Part shown: positions 29,968-40,250 of the stretch, in pieces
Position numbering within the stretch: position 1 is the first letter of the stretch
How the letters are laid out: each line of letters opens with the position of its first letter
Source of the DNA: a virus
Direction: 5' to 3' (one strand)
Virus record (IMG/VR): IMGVR_UViG_3300036770_003135
Location: 38,793 to 102,792 of that record
Length of the DNA stretch: 64,000 bases
The notes under the pieces: model-generated
The model's database searches: none
The model's input: the letters and a program-made list of their open reading frames with translations, nothing else
What the model was told of the DNA's origin: nothing
Program-made: the position numbers and the translations under genes

Positions 29968-31734
29968 TTGAGTTTAACAGGTAAAACATCTAATCTTATT
30001 GAATCTAAAGCACTTGATATTTTGGACACATATTCAGGTGGAAATAACTTTATTTTAAAACTAAAACATCATAAAGAAACCAATAAGAAATTCTATCCAA
30101 CACGTTCACAAGCTGAATATATAATTAACTATCATTCAGTTGAACCAAAGGTTGCCAAGAAGTGGGTTAACATTGAACCCTATTTTGCAAATAAAATTGC
30201 AGATGAAAAAAATATGTTAACAATCCCAACTGATATTTGGGTTGAAAAGTTATTGGTGGATAAAGATAAATCATATCATATTTGGGGCAGATTTAACTCA
30301 GGTGACACTTTAACTGATATTTGGTTACCCAAGGCCGCATTATTAAAAACTCACAACACAGAGGAAGTTAAGATTGATTATTCAAAGTATGGTCATAGAC
30401 CCCCACTTGAACACCAAAAGATTGCAATAGAAAAATTGGTTGGTAGTAAAAGATTTATTTTAGCTGACGATATGGGATTGGGGAAGACCACGAGCACAAT
30501 CATCGCGGCACTTGAAACTGATATCAAAAAAATATTAATTATCTGTCCAGCGTCACTTAAAATAAATTGGGAAAGAGAAATTAGGAATTATACAGATAGA
30601 AGTGTTTATATATCGGAGGGAAAGAATTTCTCTACTGACCACGACTTTGTTATTGTGAATTATGATATTCTTAAAAACTTTTATGATTTAAAGAATAAAG
30701 AGAATTCACCAATAGTAAAAGCTAATTTTGATTTGGTTATAATTGATGAGGCTCATTATATTTCTAATCCCCAAGCAGCAAGAACAAAACTAATAAATGA
30801 CTTTGTAAAAAAATCAAAATATCTTTGGTTGTTAACAGGTACACCAATGACAAATAGACCAATCAATTATTACAATTTATTGAATCTAATTGAAAGTCCT
30901 GTTGCTCAAAATTGGATGGCTTATGTTATACGTTATTGTCAAGGTTATCAATTTAAAGCTGGGAATAGAAAAGTGTGGAATGTTAATGGTGCATCCAACT
31001 TGGAAGAGTTAAGAGATAGAACATCAAGACAAGTATTGAGGAGATTAAAAACTGATGTATTAGATTTACCTGAAAAAATTATTACCCCAATCTATTTGAG
31101 ATTAAAATCAAAAATGTATGAAGAATTGATGGGGGAATATTATGAGTGGTATAATAAACATCCAGAAGAATCAAAGTCATTGACCGTTCAATTCAACAAA
31201 CTTATGAAAGTAAGACAAGTTATTGCAGATGAGAAAGTTCAAGAGACAATTGGTTTAATTGAGAATATATTGGAACAAGGTAAAAAAGTAATTGTATTTA
31301 CTAACTTTACAGATAGTTTACAAAAAATACATTCCCATTTTGGGAAACAATCAGTTTATTTGGATGGGACTTGTAGTAAAGCTCAAAGACAATATTCTGT
31401 TGACCAATTTCAAGAAAATGATAAAATAAAAGTATTTGTTGGGAATGTTCAAGCAGCAGGTGTGGGTATCACATTAACTGCGGGTGAGGTTGTATTGTTT
31501 AATGACTTATCTTTTGTTCCCGCACATCACCAACAAGCGGAAGATAGAGCTTATAGATATGGTCAAAAAAATTGTGTTTCAGTTTATTATCCAATATTTG
31601 AAAACACAATTGAAGGAGTTATCTATGATATGTTGATTAACAAAAAGAATATAATTGATACTGTTATGGGTGACAATTTGGATAAGGCTGAATTCATTGA
31701 ACAAATTATGAATAAGATTAATAATGTTGATTAA
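29968..31734 (+). CDS. SNF2-family (SF2) helicase/ATPase
   Basis: LADDMGLGKT, DEAH, LTGTP, GVGITLT, QAEDRAYRYGQ. Confidence 0.93.
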   Translation: MSLTGKTSNLIESKALDILDTYSGGNNFILKLKHHKETNKKFYPTRSQAEYIINYHSVEPKVAKKWVNIEPYFANKIADEKNMLTIPTDIWVEKLLVDKDKSYHIWGRFNSGDTLTDIWLPKAALLKTHNTEEVKIDYSKYGHRPPLEHQKIAIEKLVGSKRFILADDMGLGKTTSTIIAALETDIKKILIICPASLKINWEREIRNYTDRSVYISEGKNFSTDHDFVIVNYDILKNFYDLKNKENSPIVKANFDLVIIDEAHYISNPQAARTKLINDFVKKSKYLWLLTGTPMTNRPINYYNLLNLIESPVAQNWMAYVIRYCQGYQFKAGNRKVWNVNGASNLEELRDRTSRQVLRRLKTDVLDLPEKIITPIYLRLKSKMYEELMGEYYEWYNKHPEESKSLTVQFNKLMKVRQVIADEKVQETIGLIENILEQGKKVIVFTNFTDSLQKIHSHFGKQSVYLDGTCSKAQRQYSVDQFQENDKIKVFVGNVQAAGVGITLTAGEVVLFNDLSFVPAHHQQAEDRAYRYGQKNCVSVYYPIFENTIEGVIYDMLINKKNIIDTVMGDNLDKAEFIEQIMNKINNVD

Positions 31735-32552
31735 TTTTTTTTATTTAAAATAAAAGAAGTCATTTTATTTTCAATATTTGAAATATTATTGGATATAAAA
31801 TTATTTAATTTCTCACAAATTTTTTCATCTATATCATTATTTTTATTTTTACACTCAAAAGTATTAAATCTTTTATTAATTGAAACCTGAAATGGTGCAT
31901 TTATATTTTTATTACTATGAAAAACATACAAATACCCATTTAGAATATATTCAAAAAATTTTGATGGGTTAGCTACAGTACATAACTTAATTTTACCTCC
32001 TTTTTTTCTATCGTCACAAACACCTAATATGTTCTTATATACTTTATACAATTCACTCGTACCAATATTTAATTCCCCTATTGTATCAAAATCAGGGACA
32101 ATAAAAACTTGGAAGTCATCAAAAATTCCATAATATAAAATTCCATATTCTTCTAATTTATTAATATCATCATTTTTAATAACATAATTAATATTTTCTT
32201 CTATTTTTTCAGAATTATCATATACTATATTAATCATATTTTTAACGTCATCACAACTTTTAATTTGTCCAATATCTTTTATAGGAAAATTTTTTTTGTG
32301 TTTATCAAAAAAATTTAGATAATCTACAAAATCTAAAATTTCGTCTTGACTAATACAATTTTGTTCAATTTTTTTTATTATCCAAATAAAATGATTCCAT
32401 TTTGGAAATAAATCCTTAATCACACCGAATTCTTCATCAGTTAAAATTTGTTTTTCAGTAACATATATATGTCTGATTACTTCAGGGTCTTGGATTTCAT
32501 TTATCACACCCATCATTGACTTCATTCTATCTATTTGTTCGTTAAGATTCAT
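31731..32552 (-). CDS. Hypothetical protein with leader MNLNEQIDRMKSMMGVINE; candidate internal head protein
   Basis: 273-aa ORF with its own TATTTAT motif at 32570-32576. Confidence 0.75.
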   Translation of the reverse strand: MNLNEQIDRMKSMMGVINEIQDPEVIRHIYVTEKQILTDEEFGVIKDLFPKWNHFIWIIKKIEQNCISQDEILDFVDYLNFFDKHKKNFPIKDIGQIKSCDDVKNMINIVYDNSEKIEENINYVIKNDDINKLEEYGILYYGIFDDFQVFIVPDFDTIGELNIGTSELYKVYKNILGVCDDRKKGGKIKLCTVANPSKFFEYILNGYLYVFHSNKNINAPFQVSINKRFNTFECKNKNNDIDEKICEKLNNFISNNISNIENKMTSFILNKKN

Positions 32553-32616
32553 TTTAACTAAATTTATTTATAAATATAAATGATTAAAGTAATCTTTTAG
32601 AAGATATTTATATTTT

Positions 32617-35337
32617 ATGGAAAAGAAATTAGAACTATTAAAAGAAACTATATTATTAGGTGAAAGTTTAATAACTGAAGCTAAAAAAATTGGTATTGAT
32701 AAATTACCATATGGTTATGACTCATTAACCAGATTCATTGATGTAAAAACAATGAATGTTCATTACAACAACCACTATAAAGGATATGTTAAGAAACTTA
32801 ACGATGCCTTATCAAAAAAGAATTATGGTAATGTTGAATTGGAAGATATAATCAAATCAATAACAAGATATCCAAAAGTAATTAGAAATAATGGTGGTGG
32901 TGCTTACAACCATTCATTATTTTGGAAAATGTTATCCCCTAAGAAACAAACAATCAAAGGAGAAATATTAACCAAAATTAATAAAGAATTTGGGTCTTAC
33001 AAAGAATTTAAGAAGAAATTTGAAGAAGAATCTATTGGAAGATTTGGGTCAGGTTGGGCTTGGTTAGTTTTAACCAAAAACAACAGATTGAAAATTATGA
33101 CAACTCCAAATCAAGACAATCCACAAATGAATGACATTGATGGTGGTTATCCTTTATTGGGATTGGATTTATGGGAACACGCGTATTATTTGAAATATCA
33201 AAGTAAAAGAGATGAATACATTAAAAGGTTTTGGGATGTTGTGAATTGGGAATTTGTTAATGATGTTTATTTATCAAAATTAAAAACAAAATTAAAGGAA
33301 TCTATAAAATCTAATAAAGTTATTAATGAAGAAGGTTCATACAAAAATTTCAAATATAATCCAAAAAAAGATTTTGGTAAGGTTACTGAATTTATAAAGG
33401 AAAATGGTAGAATTAATCCAAAGGTATTTGATGTGATGTTACCTAAAGTATATCCAAAATGTTCACCTGAAATTATTAATGACTATAATAAAGACACACA
33501 TATAACAGAACCTTGTTTTGGAAAAATTAAAACCAATGATTGTGAAACAAACTATGGTGTAATAGGTGGTAAATATGCTGTAAGTCAAAGAGGTGGAATT
33601 GGTGAATGGTCAGTTATAAATTGGTTTGATGCGAACACCAAAGTTAGTGATAAAATATTAGAATATTTTGAAAAATACAATAAGGAGGGATTAGATTTTA
33701 TTAGTTGGTTTTTCAAATTGAAAAAAACCTTACTAAGTGATGATGGTATGTTTACTGGTGAATTGGCTGATTTTATAATGAATCCCCAAACTAAAAAGGG
33801 TACTTTAGATTATGGTTCATCTCGTGAAAGTTTGGCTATTGAAATCTTGAATAAAGAATATGGTAACTCAAATATTACTAGATTTTGTGATGGTGATGTA
33901 AGAGACAAATATAAAGGTCAAGATATGAAATTAACCATAGAGGATATTTCAGAATATATTCAAGTTAAACCAACAAGAGATTTATATGAAACTAATATTA
34001 ATGGTCAAGTAAAATATGTATTCAAAAGTAAAAACAAATATACACCTAATAATATTAACATATTTGCATTCATTGATAATATTAAAAACTATGTATTTTT
34101 TGATTCTAAAAATGTTGAGGTAAAGGATGATGGTACTGAATCAAAGGAAAGATATTCTTATATTTTTAAATCTGAAAACATTAAGTTTAAATCGGATAGA
34201 CTATACCTATCAAAAATTAATTTAACTGAATCTATAACAAAAAAAGAATTATTAAATGAAGTTAAATCTGATTTTCCGAATTTTAGAACTATGCGTAGTA
34301 TAATTCAAAGTGTTTATAATAAATGTGATAGTAATAATCCAATTGATGGTTGGGTTAATGGTTGTAAAGGTGATTTAAATATACCAGAATGTGGTGAAAC
34401 TAATATTGGTATTATTGGAGGTAAATATACTGAAGAAAGATATGGTGGAAAAGGTAATTGGTCATTAGTAAATAGATGGGATGCTAATAGTAATGTCCAT
34501 AGTGAAATTGAAAGAATATATAAAGAAGAAGCTGAAAAATTTAAAATTGAAAATAAAGTAAAAAAATACTCCATATCATTGAATCAATGGATTGATGAAA
34601 ATAGAGTTGAATTATTTTCAAATGATGGAAAATGGATTGATAGATTGGCAAAAATCTCAATTCAAAATTTTAAAGAAGGTTTAAAAAATGAAGAATATGG
34701 TAGAGATATAATTAATTTAGCTTTTGGGTTAGATAAATATAAACAAGACATTCAATATAAAATTAATTTTAATTGTGGGGGTTCAAAAGCGGACACCATA
34801 AAAGGACAAGACATTGTTTTAAAATTTGAAAATGAAGAACCAATACATTTCCAAATAAAATCTATAAAAGAAGGGTATGTTAAACTTTTCAATTCTGATA
34901 GGGGTAAGTATTATAGGGTGGCATCTTGGCATGAACACACAAAATATAAAGAAGAAAATGTCGATTTAATAGTTTACGTTAATCAAGAAAATAAAGAATA
35001 TATCATTTTTGACAATGATTATTCAAAAATAATAACAATACCAAATCCTAATTATAAAAGAAGTAATCTTGAAGGCGATGTAACTATACCTAAGTACATT
35101 TATTATTATGAAGAACCTTTTAAAACAAATATGACTAATATTGAGTTAATAGAACCACAATTAAAAGCTAAGACAAACCCAAGATTAGAAAAAGATAAAG
35201 ACCAATTAATTAAACTCTATCAAGAAAGAATGTCTTATTATAAGAACAAATTAAAAGAATTGGGAATAAATGATGAAAATATCTCTGAAGCTATTAGGTT
35301 TTATAAAAATAAAATAAATAAACTACTTTATAGTTAA
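32617..35337 (+). CDS. Mn/Fe superoxide dismutase fused to two tandem PD-(D/E)xK-like domains
   Basis: LPYGYDSL, HYNNH, NNGGGAYNHSLFW, FGSGWAWL, NQD, DLWEHAYY; followed by a duplicated domain of about 300 aa with KGQD...QVK/QIK. Confidence 0.85.
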   Translation: MEKKLELLKETILLGESLITEAKKIGIDKLPYGYDSLTRFIDVKTMNVHYNNHYKGYVKKLNDALSKKNYGNVELEDIIKSITRYPKVIRNNGGGAYNHSLFWKMLSPKKQTIKGEILTKINKEFGSYKEFKKKFEEESIGRFGSGWAWLVLTKNNRLKIMTTPNQDNPQMNDIDGGYPLLGLDLWEHAYYLKYQSKRDEYIKRFWDVVNWEFVNDVYLSKLKTKLKESIKSNKVINEEGSYKNFKYNPKKDFGKVTEFIKENGRINPKVFDVMLPKVYPKCSPEIINDYNKDTHITEPCFGKIKTNDCETNYGVIGGKYAVSQRGGIGEWSVINWFDANTKVSDKILEYFEKYNKEGLDFISWFFKLKKTLLSDDGMFTGELADFIMNPQTKKGTLDYGSSRESLAIEILNKEYGNSNITRFCDGDVRDKYKGQDMKLTIEDISEYIQVKPTRDLYETNINGQVKYVFKSKNKYTPNNINIFAFIDNIKNYVFFDSKNVEVKDDGTESKERYSYIFKSENIKFKSDRLYLSKINLTESITKKELLNEVKSDFPNFRTMRSIIQSVYNKCDSNNPIDGWVNGCKGDLNIPECGETNIGIIGGKYTEERYGGKGNWSLVNRWDANSNVHSEIERIYKEEAEKFKIENKVKKYSISLNQWIDENRVELFSNDGKWIDRLAKISIQNFKEGLKNEEYGRDIINLAFGLDKYKQDIQYKINFNCGGSKADTIKGQDIVLKFENEEPIHFQIKSIKEGYVKLFNSDRGKYYRVASWHEHTKYKEENVDLIVYVNQENKEYIIFDNDYSKIITIPNPNYKRSNLEGDVTIPKYIYYYEEPFKTNMTNIELIEPQLKAKTNPRLEKDKDQLIKLYQERMSYYKNKLKELGINDENISEAIRFYKNKINKLLYS

Positions 35338-35364
35338 TTTGATATTTATAGATAAAAACTAACT

Positions 35365-36486
35365 ATGTCAATAATTCCAGAACCAGAAAGAAGTCAATTA
35401 TACACAAGATTAAGACACCTACTAGGTGCTCCTCTCAGAAGTATTGAATTGGAAGATGAACAATTAGATTCATTATTAGCTTTATCTATTGAAGATTATT
35501 CCCAATATATACAGGATTGGTTAATTGAGTCTCAATGGTCATCACTATATGGTTTAAATTTAGATACCGAATCATTAACAAAAGCATTCATCACCAAAAG
35601 TTTTGATTTTGAAGAACGTTATTCTTACGCATATTCAAAAATAGTTGGATTACAAGCAGGTGGTGATAGTGTAATGAAAAAAGATTATATACAACTTGTA
35701 CCAAATCAACAAGTATATGAAATACCCGCAGGTAGAGAAATAAACGAACTTTTATGGTTTACACCTAATGCTTTTAATAACATATTTTTTGATAACTTTG
35801 CGTTTGGATCTTTTGGTGGAACAGGTATTGGTGGACCTGGTGGTTTTGCACAATTGGGTTATGGGGGTTCATATTTTATGATGCCAGCCTTTGATATTTT
35901 ATTGAGACTACAACAAGTTAATATTCAGAGAAGAATTATTGCTGGTGATTTAACTTATCGTATTACAGCTCTCCCTGATGGTAAAAAAGCTGTTCATTTA
36001 ATGCAAACACCTGGTGGTAAATTTGACTTTGGGAATAGGTCGTTAATGGGTGGTAAAGTTTGGTATTGGTATTATGAAGTTGATGGTCCTGATAGAGATG
36101 ATTGTTTGAAAAAAAATCCTGATATAATTAAATTACCATCCGATGTTCCACTTAGTAAAATTGGTTGGACTGATTTAAATAATCCAGCCCAAATATGGGT
36201 ACGTAGATGGTTCTTTGCCACAGCTAAAGAAACTTTATCTAAAGTAAGAGGTAAGTTTAGTGGAAACATCAAAACACCAGATAGTGAACTTACAATGGAT
36301 TATCAAACATTGGCAACCGAAGGTAAAGATGAAAAATTAAAATTAATTGAAGAATTAACTGGTGCTGAAGGTAAATTAACAAGATTAAGACCTGAAAAAG
36401 TTATGGAAAGGGAGGCGTTAATTGCTGAAAATTTAAACAAGGTAAAGAAATTCCAAGCTATGCCAAGACAAATATATGTAATATAA
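35365..36486 (+). CDS. Neck/adaptor protein (gp13-like)
   Basis: LRHLLGAPLRSIELEDEQLD; WVRRWFFATAKETLSKVRGKFSG...LATEG. Confidence 0.75.
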   Translation: MSIIPEPERSQLYTRLRHLLGAPLRSIELEDEQLDSLLALSIEDYSQYIQDWLIESQWSSLYGLNLDTESLTKAFITKSFDFEERYSYAYSKIVGLQAGGDSVMKKDYIQLVPNQQVYEIPAGREINELLWFTPNAFNNIFFDNFAFGSFGGTGIGGPGGFAQLGYGGSYFMMPAFDILLRLQQVNIQRRIIAGDLTYRITALPDGKKAVHLMQTPGGKFDFGNRSLMGGKVWYWYYEVDGPDRDDCLKKNPDIIKLPSDVPLSKIGWTDLNNPAQIWVRRWFFATAKETLSKVRGKFSGNIKTPDSELTMDYQTLATEGKDEKLKLIEELTGAEGKLTRLRPEKVMEREALIAENLNKVKKFQAMPRQIYVI

Positions 36487-36532
36487 TTCTATTGATATTA
36501 ATATATAATTGTTTTATTTTTAATAAAAAAAT

Positions 36533-36871
36533 ATGGAAAAGAAAAAAATAGGTGAAGTAACCAAAACATTAAGATATGGTCAATCACCATCCACCAAAAT
36601 TAAAAAGATTGTCAATACACCAACTTATGAAACAAATGGTGAATATCTTTTAATTGTTAAAGATGTTGATAAATGTACAATCAATTTGGATGGTTATACT
36701 ACAGAATCTGTTAAAATTAAAGTCTTAACCAAAACAAGTATTATTCCAAAATATTCTTTGATTGATGAACAATATGATGAAATTGAAATTGATAATGGTG
36801 CTTGTGTTGAACTTGAATATGTTGAAGGTGGTTGGTATATAATCTCCTCAGATGGAATGAAATTAGAATAA
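36533..36871 (+). CDS. Small protein resembling a single long-tail-fibre (gp34-type) beta module
   Basis: TINL...VKIK...LID...IEID.GACVELEYVEGGWYII, similar to the C-terminus of 57637-58344. Confidence 0.55.
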   Translation: MEKKKIGEVTKTLRYGQSPSTKIKKIVNTPTYETNGEYLLIVKDVDKCTINLDGYTTESVKIKVLTKTSIIPKYSLIDEQYDEIEIDNGACVELEYVEGGWYIISSDGMKLE

Positions 36872-36877
36872 AAATTT

Positions 36878-36904
36878 AACCCCACCTTTTGAGTGGGGTT
36901 TTTT
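36878..36904 (+). terminator. Intrinsic terminator between convergent genes
   Basis: AACCCCAC-N7-GTGGGGTT followed by a T-run. Confidence 0.8.
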
Positions 36905-36907
36905 ATT

Positions 36908-39628
36908 TTAATCAATATATTTTTCCCATCCTTCTTCTGCTAAGTCGTAGATATAGTTGGGGTCAATTCCCCTCTTTTCCCAATACTCCAATTCCTTTGG
37001 TTCTAAATCTAATAAGTCTTCTTGGATTCTATCTTGGTCTTTTTCTTCAAATGGAACACCATTAATCAATTCACATTGTTGACTTGTGAAGAAAGTTCTT
37101 TTCTCAGGATTATCAACAATTAAGTTATCTCTAACATCTTGTTTGAATACAATTAACAGAGGTTCAATACGATTATTGAATGTTGTTATTGCTCTTGGTA
37201 CATTGTAATCCCCAGTCATATTAGGATTATTTTCAATGTCATTTGAATTTAACATATAACAATTCAATAATATTTCATCCTTTTTCTTTTGTACATCTCC
37301 GTGACTTGCTTTAGTTCCATTATTAACATAATAAATTACTTCACCAAGATTAACTTTTAGATTGTGTTTAATTGCCAATTCCATATGAGCCATTCTAGAC
37401 ATAGCACCACCTGATTTAGTTGTTTGTTTTGACCTCTCAATATAATCTTTGATACTCAACTTAACTTTAGCTCTTTGTGCAATTTTAAGAAGTGGGATTT
37501 CTTTATTATAAATCTTTGTTAGATATTCATAATACCACTCAACAAATTGTTGACATTCACCCTCTAATAAAAGTTTGATTGCCTTATCCAAGAAGTCCTC
37601 AATGTACAATGGAAGTTTTTTGGATTTGATTGAGTTACCTGTAAGTTTAACTTTACCATTATGCTCCATTGTGGCATAATTCTTCCTTGCCAAGTTAATA
37701 CAAGATTTCCAAGTACCATCGCAATCAAGAGCCATTGCTCCCCTCATAAATATATCATTATACTCCGCAACATCTGCATCATAACCTCGATATTCTTTAT
37801 CTTTCTTAACTTTCCAATTAAGACCTTTACCTATATAAACTCTGTCATCAACACCACCTTCAGGTAAGGAGAAGTTCTGACCATCCGTATCACACACAAG
37901 TGGGGTATAACCCTTCTTAATAAAGAACTTTGACATCTGACGAAGATATTGTCTTCCAGTACAAGTAATTTGTTCACCCATAAACATGTCACCCCAAGGG
38001 AATACTTGTGGAGCTGATAACGCACCAAATAGCGAGTTTATAAAAATCTTTATAGGGAGTTGCTTTCTATCATAAGAGAGAGATTTTTTCTTATCTTTTT
38101 CATACCACTCTGCCGCCAAGTTCTTATAGTTAATACGGGCATTTCTAAAATAACCTAACTTGCCTTTCATTGCCCCCATTATATCACAAGTTGGGAATAC
38201 ATCATGAACCAATTGTATTGATGGATATAGAGAAGAAAAGTCAAGCTTTAACACATTCTTTGAATAACCAACTTTAAACAATCTTGATAAACCCCCAACA
38301 AAATCTTTCTTTTGTTCTTTTTGTGGAATTGCCAATTTGTATTTATAAGACCAAGCCAACATCAACATTTTCCAAATCGTTGCCGTTCCCATAGTTGAAA
38401 CCCTCTCATAAGTGGTTGGAATCATTGAGGCCAACATAAATGTTCCCTGGTTAAATTCTTCATCCACTTTAAGGGTTTCTTCCAAGTCATCATCCAAATA
38501 TCTCTCAACAAGATTGTCACCAGTTGTTTTGATATAAACATTTGAATGTTTTTCACAAACGGCATCAATCTTGGGGTCAACTCCCACTTTTCTATATTTA
38601 CCATTCTCAATATTCAACCAATACTCTTCTTTTTTTGAATAGAATGGTGCAATGTCCAAGTGGTCAATATAAACTCGGTCTTTAGCCTCAGCATTGATAT
38701 ATTGGGTAATATATTTAAGACCTGCTGATTTGATACTTGAATTGATTGCTTGAGCTCGTCTAACTGAGTGTAGGACATCTATAATATTGTATCCCCACAT
38801 ACTAACTTGATTAAAGGATTCAACTTCATTGGCCAACTTTAACATCCCATTAGATTGTTTAAATTTATATTCAGGATGTAGAGTCTTACAAATCTTTTTA
38901 ATATCTAAATGTAGAGCTTTACATCTTTCCATAATCCAATACCAGTCAAAGTTGAATGAATTGTATCCGCCAATAATACTTGGTTTAATTTCATCAATTA
39001 GTCTAAAGAATTCAACAATACCTGCTCTTTCTTGGTCTTCATTAGAACATTCGATTACTTTTTGTAATCCTTTATTTGTTTTGATTCCAATCATAAAGAT
39101 TCTACCATCTTTAGGTTCTAAAGAGGTAGTTTCTAAGTCGAATCCAAATCTTGTTACATCATTGTATTCTTCATAACCTTTAAACAATCTTTTTTCTTTT
39201 TGAATAAGGTATTGTTCAACTGGGGGTAGAACTAATATTAAATCCTTGGTTTTTTCACCCCAAGGGTCAACTCCACCTTCTTTAAAGAATTGGATTAGGT
39301 TTCTATAACCTTTAAGGGACTTAACCATAAATTTAAGTCCATTCTCCAATCTTTCATTGTCACCAGTTTGTAATTTTTCTATTATAATTCCGTGTTTTGT
39401 CATCGCTTCTTTTTGGAGACCTTTGGATGACTTATAGAAATTAAGACCATGTAAATCACCAACCCAAGCAAAGGCTGTGAATGTGTCTTTTCTTATTTCT
39501 TTTCCTTTACCAGGAATTTCTTTAATTTTAAAAACGGAATCTGTTGCGTAATCGTATTCTACAGCTACGATAAATTGTTCGGGGTCGTTCCCATTAAGGA
39601 ACATTTCAATTTGTTCTTGTGATATCAT
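36908..39628 (-). CDS. DNA polymerase family B
   Basis: ExoI FDLETT, ExoII GYNSFNFD, DFSSLYPS, KIFINSLFG, CDTDG; no intein seen. Confidence 0.95.
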   Translation of the reverse strand: MISQEQIEMFLNGNDPEQFIVAVEYDYATDSVFKIKEIPGKGKEIRKDTFTAFAWVGDLHGLNFYKSSKGLQKEAMTKHGIIIEKLQTGDNERLENGLKFMVKSLKGYRNLIQFFKEGGVDPWGEKTKDLILVLPPVEQYLIQKEKRLFKGYEEYNDVTRFGFDLETTSLEPKDGRIFMIGIKTNKGLQKVIECSNEDQERAGIVEFFRLIDEIKPSIIGGYNSFNFDWYWIMERCKALHLDIKKICKTLHPEYKFKQSNGMLKLANEVESFNQVSMWGYNIIDVLHSVRRAQAINSSIKSAGLKYITQYINAEAKDRVYIDHLDIAPFYSKKEEYWLNIENGKYRKVGVDPKIDAVCEKHSNVYIKTTGDNLVERYLDDDLEETLKVDEEFNQGTFMLASMIPTTYERVSTMGTATIWKMLMLAWSYKYKLAIPQKEQKKDFVGGLSRLFKVGYSKNVLKLDFSSLYPSIQLVHDVFPTCDIMGAMKGKLGYFRNARINYKNLAAEWYEKDKKKSLSYDRKQLPIKIFINSLFGALSAPQVFPWGDMFMGEQITCTGRQYLRQMSKFFIKKGYTPLVCDTDGQNFSLPEGGVDDRVYIGKGLNWKVKKDKEYRGYDADVAEYNDIFMRGAMALDCDGTWKSCINLARKNYATMEHNGKVKLTGNSIKSKKLPLYIEDFLDKAIKLLLEGECQQFVEWYYEYLTKIYNKEIPLLKIAQRAKVKLSIKDYIERSKQTTKSGGAMSRMAHMELAIKHNLKVNLGEVIYYVNNGTKASHGDVQKKKDEILLNCYMLNSNDIENNPNMTGDYNVPRAITTFNNRIEPLLIVFKQDVRDNLIVDNPEKRTFFTSQQCELINGVPFEEKDQDRIQEDLLDLEPKELEYWEKRGIDPNYIYDLAEEGWEKYID

Positions 39629-39656
39629 TATACTTAATTTTAGATGGTGTATTAGC

Positions 39657-39677
39657 TGTCATACTAAAGTGATGACA
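39657..39677 (-). promoter_or_regulatory. Hairpin in the polymerase 5' UTR
   Basis: TGTCAT-N9-ATGACA between the promoter and the start codon. Confidence 0.45.
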
Positions 39678-39694
39678 TTTACCTTGTCCTTATA

Positions 39695-39723
39695 AGTATA
39701 ATGATGTCGTTAGAACTAGTCAA
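39695..39723 (-). promoter_or_regulatory. Sigma70-like promoter of DNA polymerase
   Basis: TTGACT-N17-TATACT. Confidence 0.7.
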
Positions 39724-39732
39724 TTTTTATAA

Positions 39733-40176
39733 TTAAAAAGTTGTACCTGTGTAAGGTCCGTTAACACAACAAGGGAAATCTGACACATAACAAGAATTAT
39801 ATTCCAAATCATCAGCAATAAATGATTCTTGGACATTTATATATAATTTTTCTCTAATGGGTAATATCAAAACACCATCATTACTTCTTAACATAAATTG
39901 TCCTTCGTATCTACCAACTCTATTTGTATCTCTATTTTGGAATTGATAATATAGATAATATTCCTTTTCAGCATTTGGGTCAACATTTGTCTTCTCAACA
40001 AATCCTGCAGGTCTTGAAACAATCTTCTCAACACCAGTTTCTGTATCAACCATAGAAAAAAATAAAGCAGATTGTTCTATCAAACTCATAAAGTTGTTGT
40101 AGTCCAATCTACCATTCTTAACCACTTGTAATTTAAGAAGAGGTAACGTTGCGTTCTTCTTTATAAAAAATTCCAT
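39733..40176 (-). CDS. BppU-like (baseplate upper / Ig-like) structural protein
   Basis: FFIKKNATLPLL...YQFQNRDTNRVGRYEGQF pattern. Confidence 0.55.
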   Translation of the reverse strand: MEFFIKKNATLPLLKLQVVKNGRLDYNNFMSLIEQSALFFSMVDTETGVEKIVSRPAGFVEKTNVDPNAEKEYYLYYQFQNRDTNRVGRYEGQFMLRSNDGVLILPIREKLYINVQESFIADDLEYNSCYVSDFPCCVNGPYTGTTF

Positions 40177-40250
40177 CCAGTTTTTATATATAAATACTAT
40201 GAAAAATAAAATAAAAAAAGGATGAAGATTTTATTAACAAGTCAATAAAA

